A stretch of 64,000 nt of DNA from an uncultured Pseudomonadota bacterium. GTDB taxonomy: Bacteria; Oederibacteriota; Muellerivitia; Muellerivitales; Muellerivitaceae. The translations under genes were made by a program, and so were the position numbers. The notes under the pieces are model-generated. The model was not told the DNA's origin and searched no databases. It saw nothing but the letters and a program-made list of their open reading frames with translations. Within the stretch, counting starts at the first letter, position 1. Every line of letters starts with the position of its first letter. The DNA lies in contig CAWJKT010000008.1 of the NCBI GenBank assembly GCA_963843375.1, forward strand, positions 128,001 to 192,000, given 5' to 3'. Positions 21,404 through 31,158 of this stretch are shown here, in pieces.

Positions 21404-21467
21404 GATTAGCTTAATGGATTAATTCTATGAATTTTAGACGTTTTTTGAACCCAAAGAGTAACGTAAT

Positions 21468-22574
21468 TTAGGATGGTTTTTGGATGACCCCGCCACCCAC
21501 CACCGTGTCTCCCACATAAAACACTGTGGACTGACCGGGAGTGACCGCCCGCGCCGGGTCTTTCAGGACAACCCTTATCTGCTTGGGGCCTTCGGGATAA
21601 AGGACGGCGGGCTGTTCCACGGAACGATAGCGAATTTTCGCAAGGACTTCTCTGGGCTCGGTAATTGGTTCCCACGCCACCCAATTCATTTCGGCCACGT
21701 TAAATTCCTTAACAAAAGTATCCTTCTCCCGGCCCACGATCACCTTGGCGCTATCCGGCTGTAATTCCACCACGAAATAAGGTCCGTCGGAGAGGCCCAA
21801 TCCCTTACGTTGGCCGATGGTATACCCAGCAATACCTTCGTGTTGGCCCAAGACTTTGCCGTCCACGGTTACGATGTCACCGGGTATAAAGGCCCGCGGC
21901 CTGTGAATCTTGACGAAATCCCGGTAACTATTTTGGGTGACGAAACATATTTCCATGCTTTCCGGCTTTTCAGCGGTATTCAACCCCAGCATCCGGGCCT
22001 TTTCACGAACCTGGGGCTTGGTGATTTCGCCTAAAGGAAAAAGAAGATATGAAAGAAGTTTTTGGGTGAGTTTGTAAAGGACATAGCTTTGGTCCTTGTC
22101 CGGGTCTGCGGCCTTGTGGATGCGATAACGGCCTGTCATTGGGTCCTGGTCCACCTTGGCGTAATGGCCCGTAGCCATCTTTTCACAACCCAAGGTCAAA
22201 GCCTGTTGAAGTAATAGAGGGAGTTTGGCAAAGCGGTTGCACTCCACACAGGGATTGGGGGTCAAGCCTTGCTCATATTCATCGAGAAATCGGTCCACTA
22301 CATTAGCTTTAAATACATCCAACCCCTCGTTGACATAATGGGGAGCGCCTAATTTCATGGCCACGTCCCTGGCGTCCTGAATATCCTCGACGGAACAGCA
22401 TCGCTGGCCTTTGGGCTCAACGGTCTTCACCCTCACAGCCCCGTTTTCACCCGGGGTAATTTCACAAGGTAAAATTTTAAGGGTCAAACCCACCACCTCA
22501 TGGCCCTGCTCTTTCAACAGACCCAAAACGGTGGATGAATCTACCCCTCCGCTCATGGCGACCCCGATCTTCAC
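21468..22574 (-). CDS. mnmA: tRNA 2-thiouridylase MnmA
   Basis: SGGVDS, TPNPCVECN, ATGHY, KDQSY, TIGQRKG, VTPGQ. Confidence 0.96.
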   Translation of the reverse strand: MKIGVAMSGGVDSSTVLGLLKEQGHEVVGLTLKILPCEITPGENGAVRVKTVEPKGQRCCSVEDIQDARDVAMKLGAPHYVNEGLDVFKANVVDRFLDEYEQGLTPNPCVECNRFAKLPLLLQQALTLGCEKMATGHYAKVDQDPMTGRYRIHKAADPDKDQSYVLYKLTQKLLSYLLFPLGEITKPQVREKARMLGLNTAEKPESMEICFVTQNSYRDFVKIHRPRAFIPGDIVTVDGKVLGQHEGIAGYTIGQRKGLGLSDGPYFVVELQPDSAKVIVGREKDTFVKEFNVAEMNWVAWEPITEPREVLAKIRYRSVEQPAVLYPEGPKQIRVVLKDPARAVTPGQSTVFYVGDTVVGGGVIQKPS

Positions 22575-23743
22575 GACTTCACCACTTCCATTAAAGCTTT
22601 CACGGTCTTCTCAATTTCCTTTTGCGTGTTGTAGTACCCAAAGCTAAACCGCACTGTCCCAATGGGGTAAGTTCCGATCGTCCGATGAGCCAAAGGTGCG
22701 CAGTGTAGTCCGATACGAGTCATGATTCCATACCTCTCATCCAGTTCATACCCAACTTCCGAGGGATCCTTTCCCTCAACATTCAAGGAAACAACCGCTA
22801 CCCTTTCCTTTGCGTCCCCGGAGGGCAGGCCATAAAGCTTAATTCCCTTTATTTTTTCGACATCCGTCAGGAATTGGGCCGTCAAAGCCTCTTCCTTTCG
22901 TCGTACCGCTTGGACACTGGTTTTGAGAAGGAAATCCACCGACGCCTTAAGCCCCGCCAAGCCCCAATAATTCTGAGTTCCGCTTTCAAACTTATCAGGC
23001 CATTGGGTGGGCTGTTCTTCCCTATCGCTGTTGGAGCCCGTGCCTCCTTCGATAAATGAATCCAGGTTATATTTGGATGAGACGACTAAGCCGCCCGTAC
23101 CCGGGGGCCCCATTAACCCCTTATGGCCAGTAAAGCACAAAAAGTCGATGTTCATGGACTTCATATCAATGGGAACGACCCCCGCGGTTTGAGCCGTATC
23201 CACCAAAAAAGCCACTCCCTTTTTGGCGCAAAGGTTCCCCACTTCTTCCACTGGATTCAAATTTCCCGTCACGTTAGAAGCATGTAGCAGGCAAACGATC
23301 TTGGTATTGGGCTTAAAGGCCTGTTCAAAATCATAAGGATTCAATCTTCCCAGGCTATTGGCAGGAACGACCGTATATTCAATGCCCCGGGAGGCCTTGA
23401 GCTTGTTCAATGGCCGGATGACCGCGTTATGCTCCATACTGGACAAAACCACATGGTCACCGCTTTTCAGGAACCCTTTCAACGCGGTGTTAATTCCCTC
23501 GGTCACGTTCTTCATATAAAGAATGCGATCGGACTTCTGAATATGAAAAAGTTGCGCCAGCGAGGCCCGAGTTTCGTATATCAGTTCATTGGCCGCTATT
23601 CCTAAACGGTAGGATCCCCGACCGTGGGAAACACCCACCTCGGTGGCAAATTGAACCAACGCTTTCAAAACTTGCGGAGGTTTTTGTCGAGTGGTCGCAG
23701 CGCTATCAAGATAGATTTCTTTTCGCTTGGTTTTCTTTTTCAT
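22571..23743 (-). CDS. Cysteine desulfurase (class V aminotransferase)
   Basis: YLDSAAT, EHNA, HASNVTG, TGHKG, RIGLHCAP. Confidence 0.92.
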   Translation of the reverse strand: MKKKTKRKEIYLDSAATTRQKPPQVLKALVQFATEVGVSHGRGSYRLGIAANELIYETRASLAQLFHIQKSDRILYMKNVTEGINTALKGFLKSGDHVVLSSMEHNAVIRPLNKLKASRGIEYTVVPANSLGRLNPYDFEQAFKPNTKIVCLLHASNVTGNLNPVEEVGNLCAKKGVAFLVDTAQTAGVVPIDMKSMNIDFLCFTGHKGLMGPPGTGGLVVSSKYNLDSFIEGGTGSNSDREEQPTQWPDKFESGTQNYWGLAGLKASVDFLLKTSVQAVRRKEEALTAQFLTDVEKIKGIKLYGLPSGDAKERVAVVSLNVEGKDPSEVGYELDERYGIMTRIGLHCAPLAHRTIGTYPIGTVRFSFGYYNTQKEIEKTVKALMEVVKS

Positions 23744-23869
23744 AGGGATTTGATTCTAACATTAAGGGAAATCTTTTGCAGGGCAGGAACTTTCAAACAA
23801 AAAAGACGGCCAAAGACCCCTAATCGGCTATTTGTTGTCATCCACCAGATGCGAGCGGTGGGCTGGTGC

Positions 23870-24262
23870 TTAGTTTTCCTTCGCCTTCTGGATATCCACC
23901 ACTTTGTTCGCCTCTTCCATCTGGCAGTTACCCTCGAACATCGCACCATCTTCTATCACAATGACAGGAGAAGAAATATCCCCTTCCACCTGGGCCGAGC
24001 TTTGAATCTCCAAACGCTGGGTGGCGTGGATGTTACCTTTCACCTTACCGCTGATCAAGATGGATTTACCTATCAAGTTACCACGAACCATTCCCTTGTC
24101 GCCCACAATTACCCCGTCTTCACTGGTGACATTGCCATAAATTTCACCATCCACTCGGATACTATGCTTGGTATTGTAACTTCCTCGCAAAGAAGCCTCT
24201 TCACCAATCACGGTATCAACACGACCCATTGGCCTCGAATCCCCAAACCCAAATAAACCCAT
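23870..24262 (-). CDS. Bactofilin (polymer-forming cytoskeletal protein)
   Basis: TVIG...IRVDG...V.G.I...IEDGAMFEGNC. Confidence 0.92.
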   Translation of the reverse strand: MGLFGFGDSRPMGRVDTVIGEEASLRGSYNTKHSIRVDGEIYGNVTSEDGVIVGDKGMVRGNLIGKSILISGKVKGNIHATQRLEIQSSAQVEGDISSPVIVIEDGAMFEGNCQMEEANKVVDIQKAKEN

Positions 24263-24373
24263 TATCCCCTCCGGGAGTTTGAAGTTAGTATTTCCAAGTT
24301 TTAATTTTTTGAGATTTCCGGAAAATAAAAATTTTTCATCCACTAAAAAAATGTAAAATTAATTGCTTGATCG

Positions 24374-25294
24374 CTAATCGACCTTTGGCAGGTACTTTTC
24401 CGGATCGACGGGCATCCCGTGAATGCGAACCTCGTAATGGACATGGCTTCCCGTGCTACGGCCCGTTGAACCGACGTAACCGATAATCTGCCCGCGTTTG
24501 ACCTCGTCTCCGACTTTCACGTCGATGCGGGCGCAATGGCCATATCGGGTACTGTAACCATATCCGTGCTCAATAGCCACCAATCGGCCATAACCCGACT
24601 CCCAACCAGCGTAAGTCACGATGCCATCCGCCGTAGCGCGAATAGGAGTGTTCACCTCATTGGCGATATCAACCCCCATGTGGCGGCCCGGTTCACCGGT
24701 CAAAGGCGAAGCCCGTTTGCCGAAACCGGAAGTGATCCATCCCTTGATGGGCCAGATGGAGGGCGTGGCCGACAGGATGGAACGTTGTTTATCGAGGAAG
24801 ACACTGATTTCCTTGAAGCTGACTTCTTGCTGGGCGGCCTGCTGGTTGGTCAGTTTCAAATTGGCGTTCACTTTATGCATCAACTGATCGTTTTTTTCCT
24901 GGAGTAATTGGGAAAAACGGGCGGAATCCTCTTCATCCGGGCCACCCATTCCGTCAAATTCAGAAACGACATCCTTGCGATTTCCCAACTTTAAAAGTTT
25001 ACGGAACTGAGAATCCACAGCTGACATCCTGGTCAACAGGGCCCGATTGGTTTCCAATTCAGTCATAATTTCCCTCATGTTGTCTTTAAACCGCTGTTGG
25101 GTCAACTCCGCTAATTGGTAATTCACATCCCTTGCCACCGCCATGGCCGCCCAAGTTAAAAGGCCAGCGAACACCAAAATCATGGAGTGGATCATGAATA
25201 GATTGGTTTTAATTTGAGTGGGCTTACCGCCGTCATGCGGAACAATCATGAAGGTCATCTTTTTTTTAAAGTAGGTTCGAAAACGATGGGACAT
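24374..25294 (-). CDS. M23 metallopeptidase with N-terminal TM and coiled coil
   Basis: HMGVD, YGH, STGSHVHYEV. Confidence 0.93.
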   Translation of the reverse strand: MSHRFRTYFKKKMTFMIVPHDGGKPTQIKTNLFMIHSMILVFAGLLTWAAMAVARDVNYQLAELTQQRFKDNMREIMTELETNRALLTRMSAVDSQFRKLLKLGNRKDVVSEFDGMGGPDEEDSARFSQLLQEKNDQLMHKVNANLKLTNQQAAQQEVSFKEISVFLDKQRSILSATPSIWPIKGWITSGFGKRASPLTGEPGRHMGVDIANEVNTPIRATADGIVTYAGWESGYGRLVAIEHGYGYSTRYGHCARIDVKVGDEVKRGQIIGYVGSTGRSTGSHVHYEVRIHGMPVDPEKYLPKVD

Positions 25295-25524
25295 GCAAAA
25301 TAACCTTTTATTTAATGAATTTTAAAAATGATTTTATTCCAGGGTGGACAGACCCAACCGCATGTTTAAAGAATCCAGATAAGGAGCCTCATATTTGCTT
25401 TACTTAAAACGATCAACCTATTGGTTTGCTTATGCTTTTAAAATAAGGGTGCTATGGAGCCCTGTCAATTAGTAATGGGGGGTACGGGGGTTAAAAGGTT
25501 TACTTGATCTAATGCAACGGGCTG

Positions 25525-26262
25525 TTAATCCACCCTCAATCCCTCGGATTGGATGAATTTGAAAGCCTTTTCAAATACGATTCGCTTATCGTAGTCCATA
25601 GTTACCACATGGTCGGACCGATCAAGATATAGAAGGTGCTTAATGGGCGACCCCAGGGTTTGATAGATCAAATCTCCATTTATAGGTGGCACCATTGAAT
25701 CCTTGCGGCCTTGGATGATCAAGGCCGGGGCTTTAATTTGTGGCAGTTCAGCCCGAACTAGGTCCATGAATTTTTTGAGTTCGTACAGGCTTTTGGTAGC
25801 CACATAAGGATAGGTGAGATGGGGAGGCGATTGAGGGTCCAAAATCCCCCCTGTCAGGTTGGAAGTACGCCACTGGAGGAAACGGAAAAAAGCGAGGCCG
25901 TTAAACCGAAAATCGAAAATCCGGACGGGAGCCGCCATGGAGATAACACCCGCCACTTTTACCTGGGCGGCTAGGTGTAGGGCTTGATCGGCCCCCATGG
26001 AAAGCCCGCCAACGAAAATTTTGGAACAGCTTTGCTTCAGGTGATCATAAGCTTCCATGGCGCTCTGGGTCCAATCCTGCCAGACAGTCTTCGCCAGGTC
26101 TTTAGGATTGCTATCATGGCCTTTTAACCAGGGGCCCAATACCGAATAACCTTTTTCAACCAGGTAATCTGCCAAAGGTTGGACTTCCATAGGGGTTCCC
26201 GAAAGCCCATGGAGTAGTAAAATACCCGTTTCACCTTTTTTTGACTCAAACCCGATTTTCAT
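25525..26262 (-). CDS. Carboxylesterase (alpha/beta hydrolase)
   Basis: LLLHG, GLSMG nucleophile, D and H (SDHVV) triad. Confidence 0.88.
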   Translation of the reverse strand: MKIGFESKKGETGILLLHGLSGTPMEVQPLADYLVEKGYSVLGPWLKGHDSNPKDLAKTVWQDWTQSAMEAYDHLKQSCSKIFVGGLSMGADQALHLAAQVKVAGVISMAAPVRIFDFRFNGLAFFRFLQWRTSNLTGGILDPQSPPHLTYPYVATKSLYELKKFMDLVRAELPQIKAPALIIQGRKDSMVPPINGDLIYQTLGSPIKHLLYLDRSDHVVTMDYDKRIVFEKAFKFIQSEGLRVD

Positions 26263-26368
26263 CAACGTCCTCCGCATCACCGCTAAACACCCAGATAATA
26301 AGAAAAACCGGAATGAAAATCGAAACTTTAAAACTTTCCCGCTTCTTAGTTCCTAGCCGAGAAATTGT

Positions 26369-26977
26369 TTATGAAAATTTTACGCCGTCATGTTTTTGTA
26401 TTTCCTGGATGGTAAATAGAATTTCGTTATCCGTCGGACGATCGGTTGGGTCCTTTCCGATGTATTTATAACGAATGATCCGGTGGGGATCGATAATGAT
26501 CGTCGTGGGACGGGCGATATCGTGTTCCCCATGGCCTTTGGGATGTCGGGCTCCATAGGCATCGATCACCCTTAATTCGGTATCGGAAAGCAATGGGAAG
26601 GGAAACCTCCATTGCCCGTTGAATTGGGCCGAATCCTCAAGGCTGTCCACGCTTACCGCGACAATAGTCGTGTGAAGCGCGGTAAACCTCGCATAATCGT
26701 CTTTTAATCCCGCCAACTGTCCCTGACAGGCCCCGCACCACTGACCCCGGTAAAGAATCAGGACCAGGTACCACCCCGGATTCAGGTCGGACATTTTCAC
26801 CAACTGGCCCGTGCTGCTCATTAGGGAAAAATCATAGGCTTTATCCCCAGGTTGTAAACCTCCCGGCTTCAGCGGGACCGGGGGTTCCTGATAACCGCAA
26901 CCCGAAAACCAAACCCCTCCGACCCCGGTCAAAATAAGGACCATCAAAAGGAAACTCAATCTCCGATGAACTTTCAT
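26369..26977 (-). CDS. Peroxiredoxin-like (AhpC/TSA) lipoprotein
   Basis: Lipobox FSGC; YRGQWCGAC. Confidence 0.85.
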   Translation of the reverse strand: MKVHRRLSFLLMVLILTGVGGVWFSGCGYQEPPVPLKPGGLQPGDKAYDFSLMSSTGQLVKMSDLNPGWYLVLILYRGQWCGACQGQLAGLKDDYARFTALHTTIVAVSVDSLEDSAQFNGQWRFPFPLLSDTELRVIDAYGARHPKGHGEHDIARPTTIIIDPHRIIRYKYIGKDPTDRPTDNEILFTIQEIQKHDGVKFS

Positions 26978-27047
26978 GAAACCTCTTCCACTATTCTTGA
27001 TGCTTTCAAAAGAAATAATTCAGCACCGCTAATAATTTCCCAAACAC

Positions 27048-27078
27048 GTTGACATTGTCAACCGCCCTTTTCAATAAT
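27048..27078 (+). promoter_or_regulatory. Palindrome GTTGACA-T-TGTCAAC overlapping a sigma70-like promoter
   Basis: Perfect 7-1-7 inverted repeat at 27048-27062; TTGACA-N18-AATAAT. Confidence 0.5.
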
Positions 27079-27103
27079 ACCCCACCGAGGAGACGTCTTA
27101 AAC

Positions 27104-27394
27104 ATGAAGTTTTTCCGCAAAAATCTTTTTTCATTCGCGACAGTGGCTTTCCTGTCTTTCGTTTCTGTTCTGGTGATGGAAGGAGCCCATCATCACGATA
27201 ATTTTGAAGGCCATGACGATTGCTCACTTTGTGCCTGGCAAGCCACCGGTTCAAGCGCGCCTTCCACGCCTACCCCTCCACTCCTGTTTCACTCCCTGGT
27301 TTACCTTTCTCTTTTCATCTTCACGCCAATATTTGTTTCTTCATTCAAGTCTTTTCCGTTTCTTGGCCGGGCGCCTCCTTCCATCTTCCCGTAA
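27104..27394 (+). CDS. DUF2946/CruR-CutF-like leader peptide (signal segment, His/CxxC, C-terminal RAPP)
   Basis: HHHDNFEGHDDCSLC and ...LGRAPP directly upstream of the TBDT. Confidence 0.8.
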   Translation: MKFFRKNLFSFATVAFLSFVSVLVMEGAHHHDNFEGHDDCSLCAWQATGSSAPSTPTPPLLFHSLVYLSLFIFTPIFVSSFKSFPFLGRAPPSIFP

Positions 27395-27559
27395 TGATAA
27401 TTTCAATCCCGCAGCAACGGGGTTGAATTTCATTTTTCAGGGGGATTTTCCTTTAAGCCTCGCCCAATGGCAAAAGTCCCATCACAATTAAAATTTTTAC
27501 ATTGTTTTTAAAACTATCCACCTCGATGGAGGAATAGCTTTTCAATCCTAAAATTTATT

Positions 27560-30007
27560 ATGGAGATAAGAATGAACAAATTTCAAAAAATGCTTTTTGT
27601 TCTTTTGTTTACTGGCTTTTTAGCCGGACATGCCTTGGCCACGGTGGATGGCGCCCTCTCGGGCGCCGTTTTAGACGGTCAAGGTATTGCTGTAGCTAAT
27701 GCCAAAGTGACGATTACAGGAAATGGCATTGAAAAGGATTTAATCTCTTCGGCCACGGGGACATTCCAAGTATTTCCTCTGGCAATCGGGGATTATCAGG
27801 TCAACGTTCAGGCCGATGGATTCAGTCCCTATCAAGGGACCGTCGCGGTTTCCGGAAGTTCTTCCTCCTTGGAAGTTCGCTTGTCACCGGCAGGAGAAAT
27901 ACAAATGACGGTGAAAGCAAAGCGGCATCTTGTCACGCCCGCTCCAGAAAGTAGCAAGGAATTGGACCAGGAGGATATCCAGGAGTTACCAGGTGGTTCC
28001 ACAACCTCCCTCCCCCACCTTCTTTACACCACCAACCCGGGAATGGTGGAAGGTTCCTTTAACCAGGTCTTTACAAGGGGCAACCATGCCAACCTGCAAT
28101 ACCAGATCGACGGCATTCAACTGCCGGATTCGGTGGCCGGTTCCTTGGGAGAGGCTTTCACCCCATTGAATATCGATCACATGGAAGTTATCACTGGCGG
28201 TCTTCAACCCGAGTTCGGAACGCGTTCAGCCGGCGTCGTGAATATTGTCACAAAAGCCGGCACCACTGAGCCAGGGGGACTCTTTGGTATAGATTACGGT
28301 TCCTACAATCAAACCTCCCCTTTCCTGACTTACGGCGGATCCGACGCTTCCGGAGCTTTTCACTATTTCTTCTCGGGAAGCGGTTTCTACACTGATCGAG
28401 GGCTGGACACGCCCGAACCCGCCACAACGAATTTGCCACAGGGTTCTGATGTGGATGCCACCGGCGGGGGCGGCGAACAGGTAGTACACGATCAAAGTTA
28501 TGGTGATGGAGAATTCACCAAACTGGACTGGATCCTGGATAATGAAAACAAACTTTACTTCGTCGCTTTCAATGAACAGAAGTTTTATCAAATCCCGAAT
28601 TATCCAGCTAACTTCACTCCCAATCTTCTTTATTTCAACCCCGCTTATACGGATGGCTATGGAAACGGGCCATTCGCCTATGCCCCCTCTAGCACGAATG
28701 ACACCCAATTTGAAACGAACCAGTACGCGGAATTTTCATGGAGACATTCTTTTGGGGACGATGCATTCCTTCAGGTTTCTCCTTACTGGAAGCGGTCCAA
28801 CGTGACTTTTAACGGCGATCCGGCCAACGATCTGGCCGCAGCGTCACTGGTTCCATTGAGCGCGGGACAAACCCTTGTCGCCGATTCCTTCTCCCAAGAC
28901 CGCACCAGTAATAACGTGGGGCTCCAGGCGGACTATACCTTGCATGCGGATTCCGCAAATCTAGTAAAAGCCGGATTTCAGGGTCTTTGGACCCAGTCAT
29001 CGGGACCCGTTTCCGTCATCGACGTTACAGCCGTCGGCGGAAGTTCACCAATCACCGCCTCCAGCGGTCTGCCCAGCACGGATGTTGACAATGGATACCA
29101 GGAAGGTTTCTATCTGCAAGACGATCTAAACGTCAATTCATGGCTTGTGTTAAGCGGCGGATTGAGGATGGATCTTTACCAATTTGTGGACACTGAAGAT
29201 GGTGTCAACGATAGTTATGACCTCTTGCAACCCAGGATTGGCGCCAGTTTCCTGGCCAGCAACAACACCAAGTTTCACATATTTTATGGTAAGCAGTTTA
29301 TGCCGGCTCCACCGGAAGACCTTCGGGCTACTTTCGAAAACTTGGGCGGTACCATTGCTCCCTACGATATCAAACCCGAAATAGACGATTATTTCGAGAC
29401 CGGCATGGCCCAACAGGTATCCCAACAGTTGCTCTCTCTCAACACTTATCTCAAACTGGCTACCAATATGCTGGATGACACGCAGCTTTTGAATACCGCC
29501 ATTGCACAGCCTTATAACTTTGCCCAAGGTTACGCTTACGGGGTCGAGTTTTCGGTCAACGGAAAGATTGATAATCAATGGTCAGATTATTTTAATTATT
29601 CCTACGAGATCGCAAAAGGGGAAGGAATCAGCGGTGGGTTTTTTGCCTTTGCCCCGGGAACCACACCCCCTAATGTGTATGAATTCCTGGACCACTGCCA
29701 AATCCACACCGCTAACGTCGGATTGACTTATAACCCCGGTGATATCTGGATTACCGGAGAGGGCCTTTTTGGTGGAGGCTTAAGCACCGGCCCTACCGAT
29801 AATGAAAGACTTCCGGCCCACGCCACCATGGACGCCACCATCGGCTATGCTTTCCAGAAAAACAGCGGTTTTGATGGCACTAAGCTCAGCTTTGACGTTA
29901 TGAACATTTTTGATGACCCATATGTCATTTTCCTCGACAACGGTTACAACGGTAACCATTACGAGGCGGGCCGGGAATATATCTTCCATTTGGAGGAAAA
30001 ACTGTAA
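27560..30007 (+). CDS. TonB-dependent receptor with N-terminal carboxypeptidase-regulatory-like domain
   Basis: Plug RGNHANLQYQIDGI, VITGG..PEFG.R..GVVNIVTK; barrel; N.FD C-terminal box. Confidence 0.93.
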   Translation: MEIRMNKFQKMLFVLLFTGFLAGHALATVDGALSGAVLDGQGIAVANAKVTITGNGIEKDLISSATGTFQVFPLAIGDYQVNVQADGFSPYQGTVAVSGSSSSLEVRLSPAGEIQMTVKAKRHLVTPAPESSKELDQEDIQELPGGSTTSLPHLLYTTNPGMVEGSFNQVFTRGNHANLQYQIDGIQLPDSVAGSLGEAFTPLNIDHMEVITGGLQPEFGTRSAGVVNIVTKAGTTEPGGLFGIDYGSYNQTSPFLTYGGSDASGAFHYFFSGSGFYTDRGLDTPEPATTNLPQGSDVDATGGGGEQVVHDQSYGDGEFTKLDWILDNENKLYFVAFNEQKFYQIPNYPANFTPNLLYFNPAYTDGYGNGPFAYAPSSTNDTQFETNQYAEFSWRHSFGDDAFLQVSPYWKRSNVTFNGDPANDLAAASLVPLSAGQTLVADSFSQDRTSNNVGLQADYTLHADSANLVKAGFQGLWTQSSGPVSVIDVTAVGGSSPITASSGLPSTDVDNGYQEGFYLQDDLNVNSWLVLSGGLRMDLYQFVDTEDGVNDSYDLLQPRIGASFLASNNTKFHIFYGKQFMPAPPEDLRATFENLGGTIAPYDIKPEIDDYFETGMAQQVSQQLLSLNTYLKLATNMLDDTQLLNTAIAQPYNFAQGYAYGVEFSVNGKIDNQWSDYFNYSYEIAKGEGISGGFFAFAPGTTPPNVYEFLDHCQIHTANVGLTYNPGDIWITGEGLFGGGLSTGPTDNERLPAHATMDATIGYAFQKNSGFDGTKLSFDVMNIFDDPYVIFLDNGYNGNHYEAGREYIFHLEEKL

Positions 30008-30112
30008 AAGTAACAAGGTGATCATCGGTTCGTCAATTTTGAACGGCCGGTGGTATACCAACTAGCCGTCTAAAATAAAGTGTAACAATCAGCAAACGAA
30101 AGGAACGACACC

Positions 30113-30748
30113 ATGGGTGGATTTTTAGAGGGTTTCAAATTTATTTTCCGGGGCGGGTTCATGATGATCCCGCTTCTGGTGTCATCTTTGATCGCTTTGA
30201 CGGTGATCATCGAACGCTGGAAAGCGCTGCATAAGCAGTTTGTGACCCCTCCCGATTTCACCCAAACGGTCCTGGAAAAGGTCCAAGAGGGTAAACCGGC
30301 GGAAGCTCTCAAGCTATGCGAGGGCAAATCCATTCCCGTGGCGGCGGTGTTAAAAGCCGGCCTGGAACATTTTAAAAACCCGACTGCGGAAATGGAAATC
30401 GCGATGAAAAACGAGGGTGAAAGCTGGGTGCCCATTCTTGAAAAAAGGGTCCATGTTTTGGACACCACCATAACCATCGCCCCTCTTATGGGACTCTTGG
30501 GCACCATTATTGGGATGATGGGTTCCTTCAAGGTGCTCACCCAAAGCGGGGTGGATGACCCTTATTCCATTACTGGCGGCATCGCCGAGGCCCTGATTGC
30601 CACGGCGACCGGGCTGGTCATCGCCCTGGTTTGCGTCATCGCCAATAACTATTTCAATTCCGACATAAAGAATTTCATTTATGAAATGGAATCGGCCGCC
30701 TCCCGTCTCATGGAAGCCCGCATGGCGTCGGAAAGGAAGAAAATCTGA
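30113..30748 (+). CDS. exbB: ExbB (MotA/TolQ/ExbB family)
   Basis: APLMGLLGTIIGM, GIAEALIATATGL. Confidence 0.92.
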   Translation: MGGFLEGFKFIFRGGFMMIPLLVSSLIALTVIIERWKALHKQFVTPPDFTQTVLEKVQEGKPAEALKLCEGKSIPVAAVLKAGLEHFKNPTAEMEIAMKNEGESWVPILEKRVHVLDTTITIAPLMGLLGTIIGMMGSFKVLTQSGVDDPYSITGGIAEALIATATGLVIALVCVIANNYFNSDIKNFIYEMESAASRLMEARMASERKKI

Positions 30749-31158
30749 TGCAAATCCGCCAAAGGCCGACCAAACGGGTCCGAATTGAGATCATCCCCAT
30801 GATCGACGTTATCTTCTTTTTGCTGGTGTTCTTCATGGTGACTTCCCTGGCCATGACCCGCATCAACAGCGTCAAGGTGCTCCTTCCCAAGATGTCGGGA
30901 AAAGCGGAGAACATGAAACAAAACATCATCCTTACAGTAAAAAAAGATGGGACCCTTATGGTCAATAAAACCCAAGTGACCCTGGACACTCTGGGGTCCC
31001 AATTGACCTATCAGATGCAGTCTAATCCTCAAGACATCGTAATCGTAAACGCGGACGAAGCCGCCGGATACGGGCTTGTGGTCCAGGCCATGGACAAGGC
31101 CAAACAAGTGGGCGTGAGGAAGTTCGCATTGGTGGCCGAGGCGGATAAAGACAAATGA
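30748..31158 (+). CDS. exbD: ExbD
   Basis: IIPMIDVIFFLLVFFM, NAD...YG.VV..MD. Confidence 0.92.
   Translation: MQIRQRPTKRVRIEIIPMIDVIFFLLVFFMVTSLAMTRINSVKVLLPKMSGKAENMKQNIILTVKKDGTLMVNKTQVTLDTLGSQLTYQMQSNPQDIVIVNADEAAGYGLVVQAMDKAKQVGVRKFALVAEADKDK

Noticed and set aside
27395..27560. Cobalamin or other riboswitch before the TBDT
   Set aside because: No B12-box or other recognisable consensus seen
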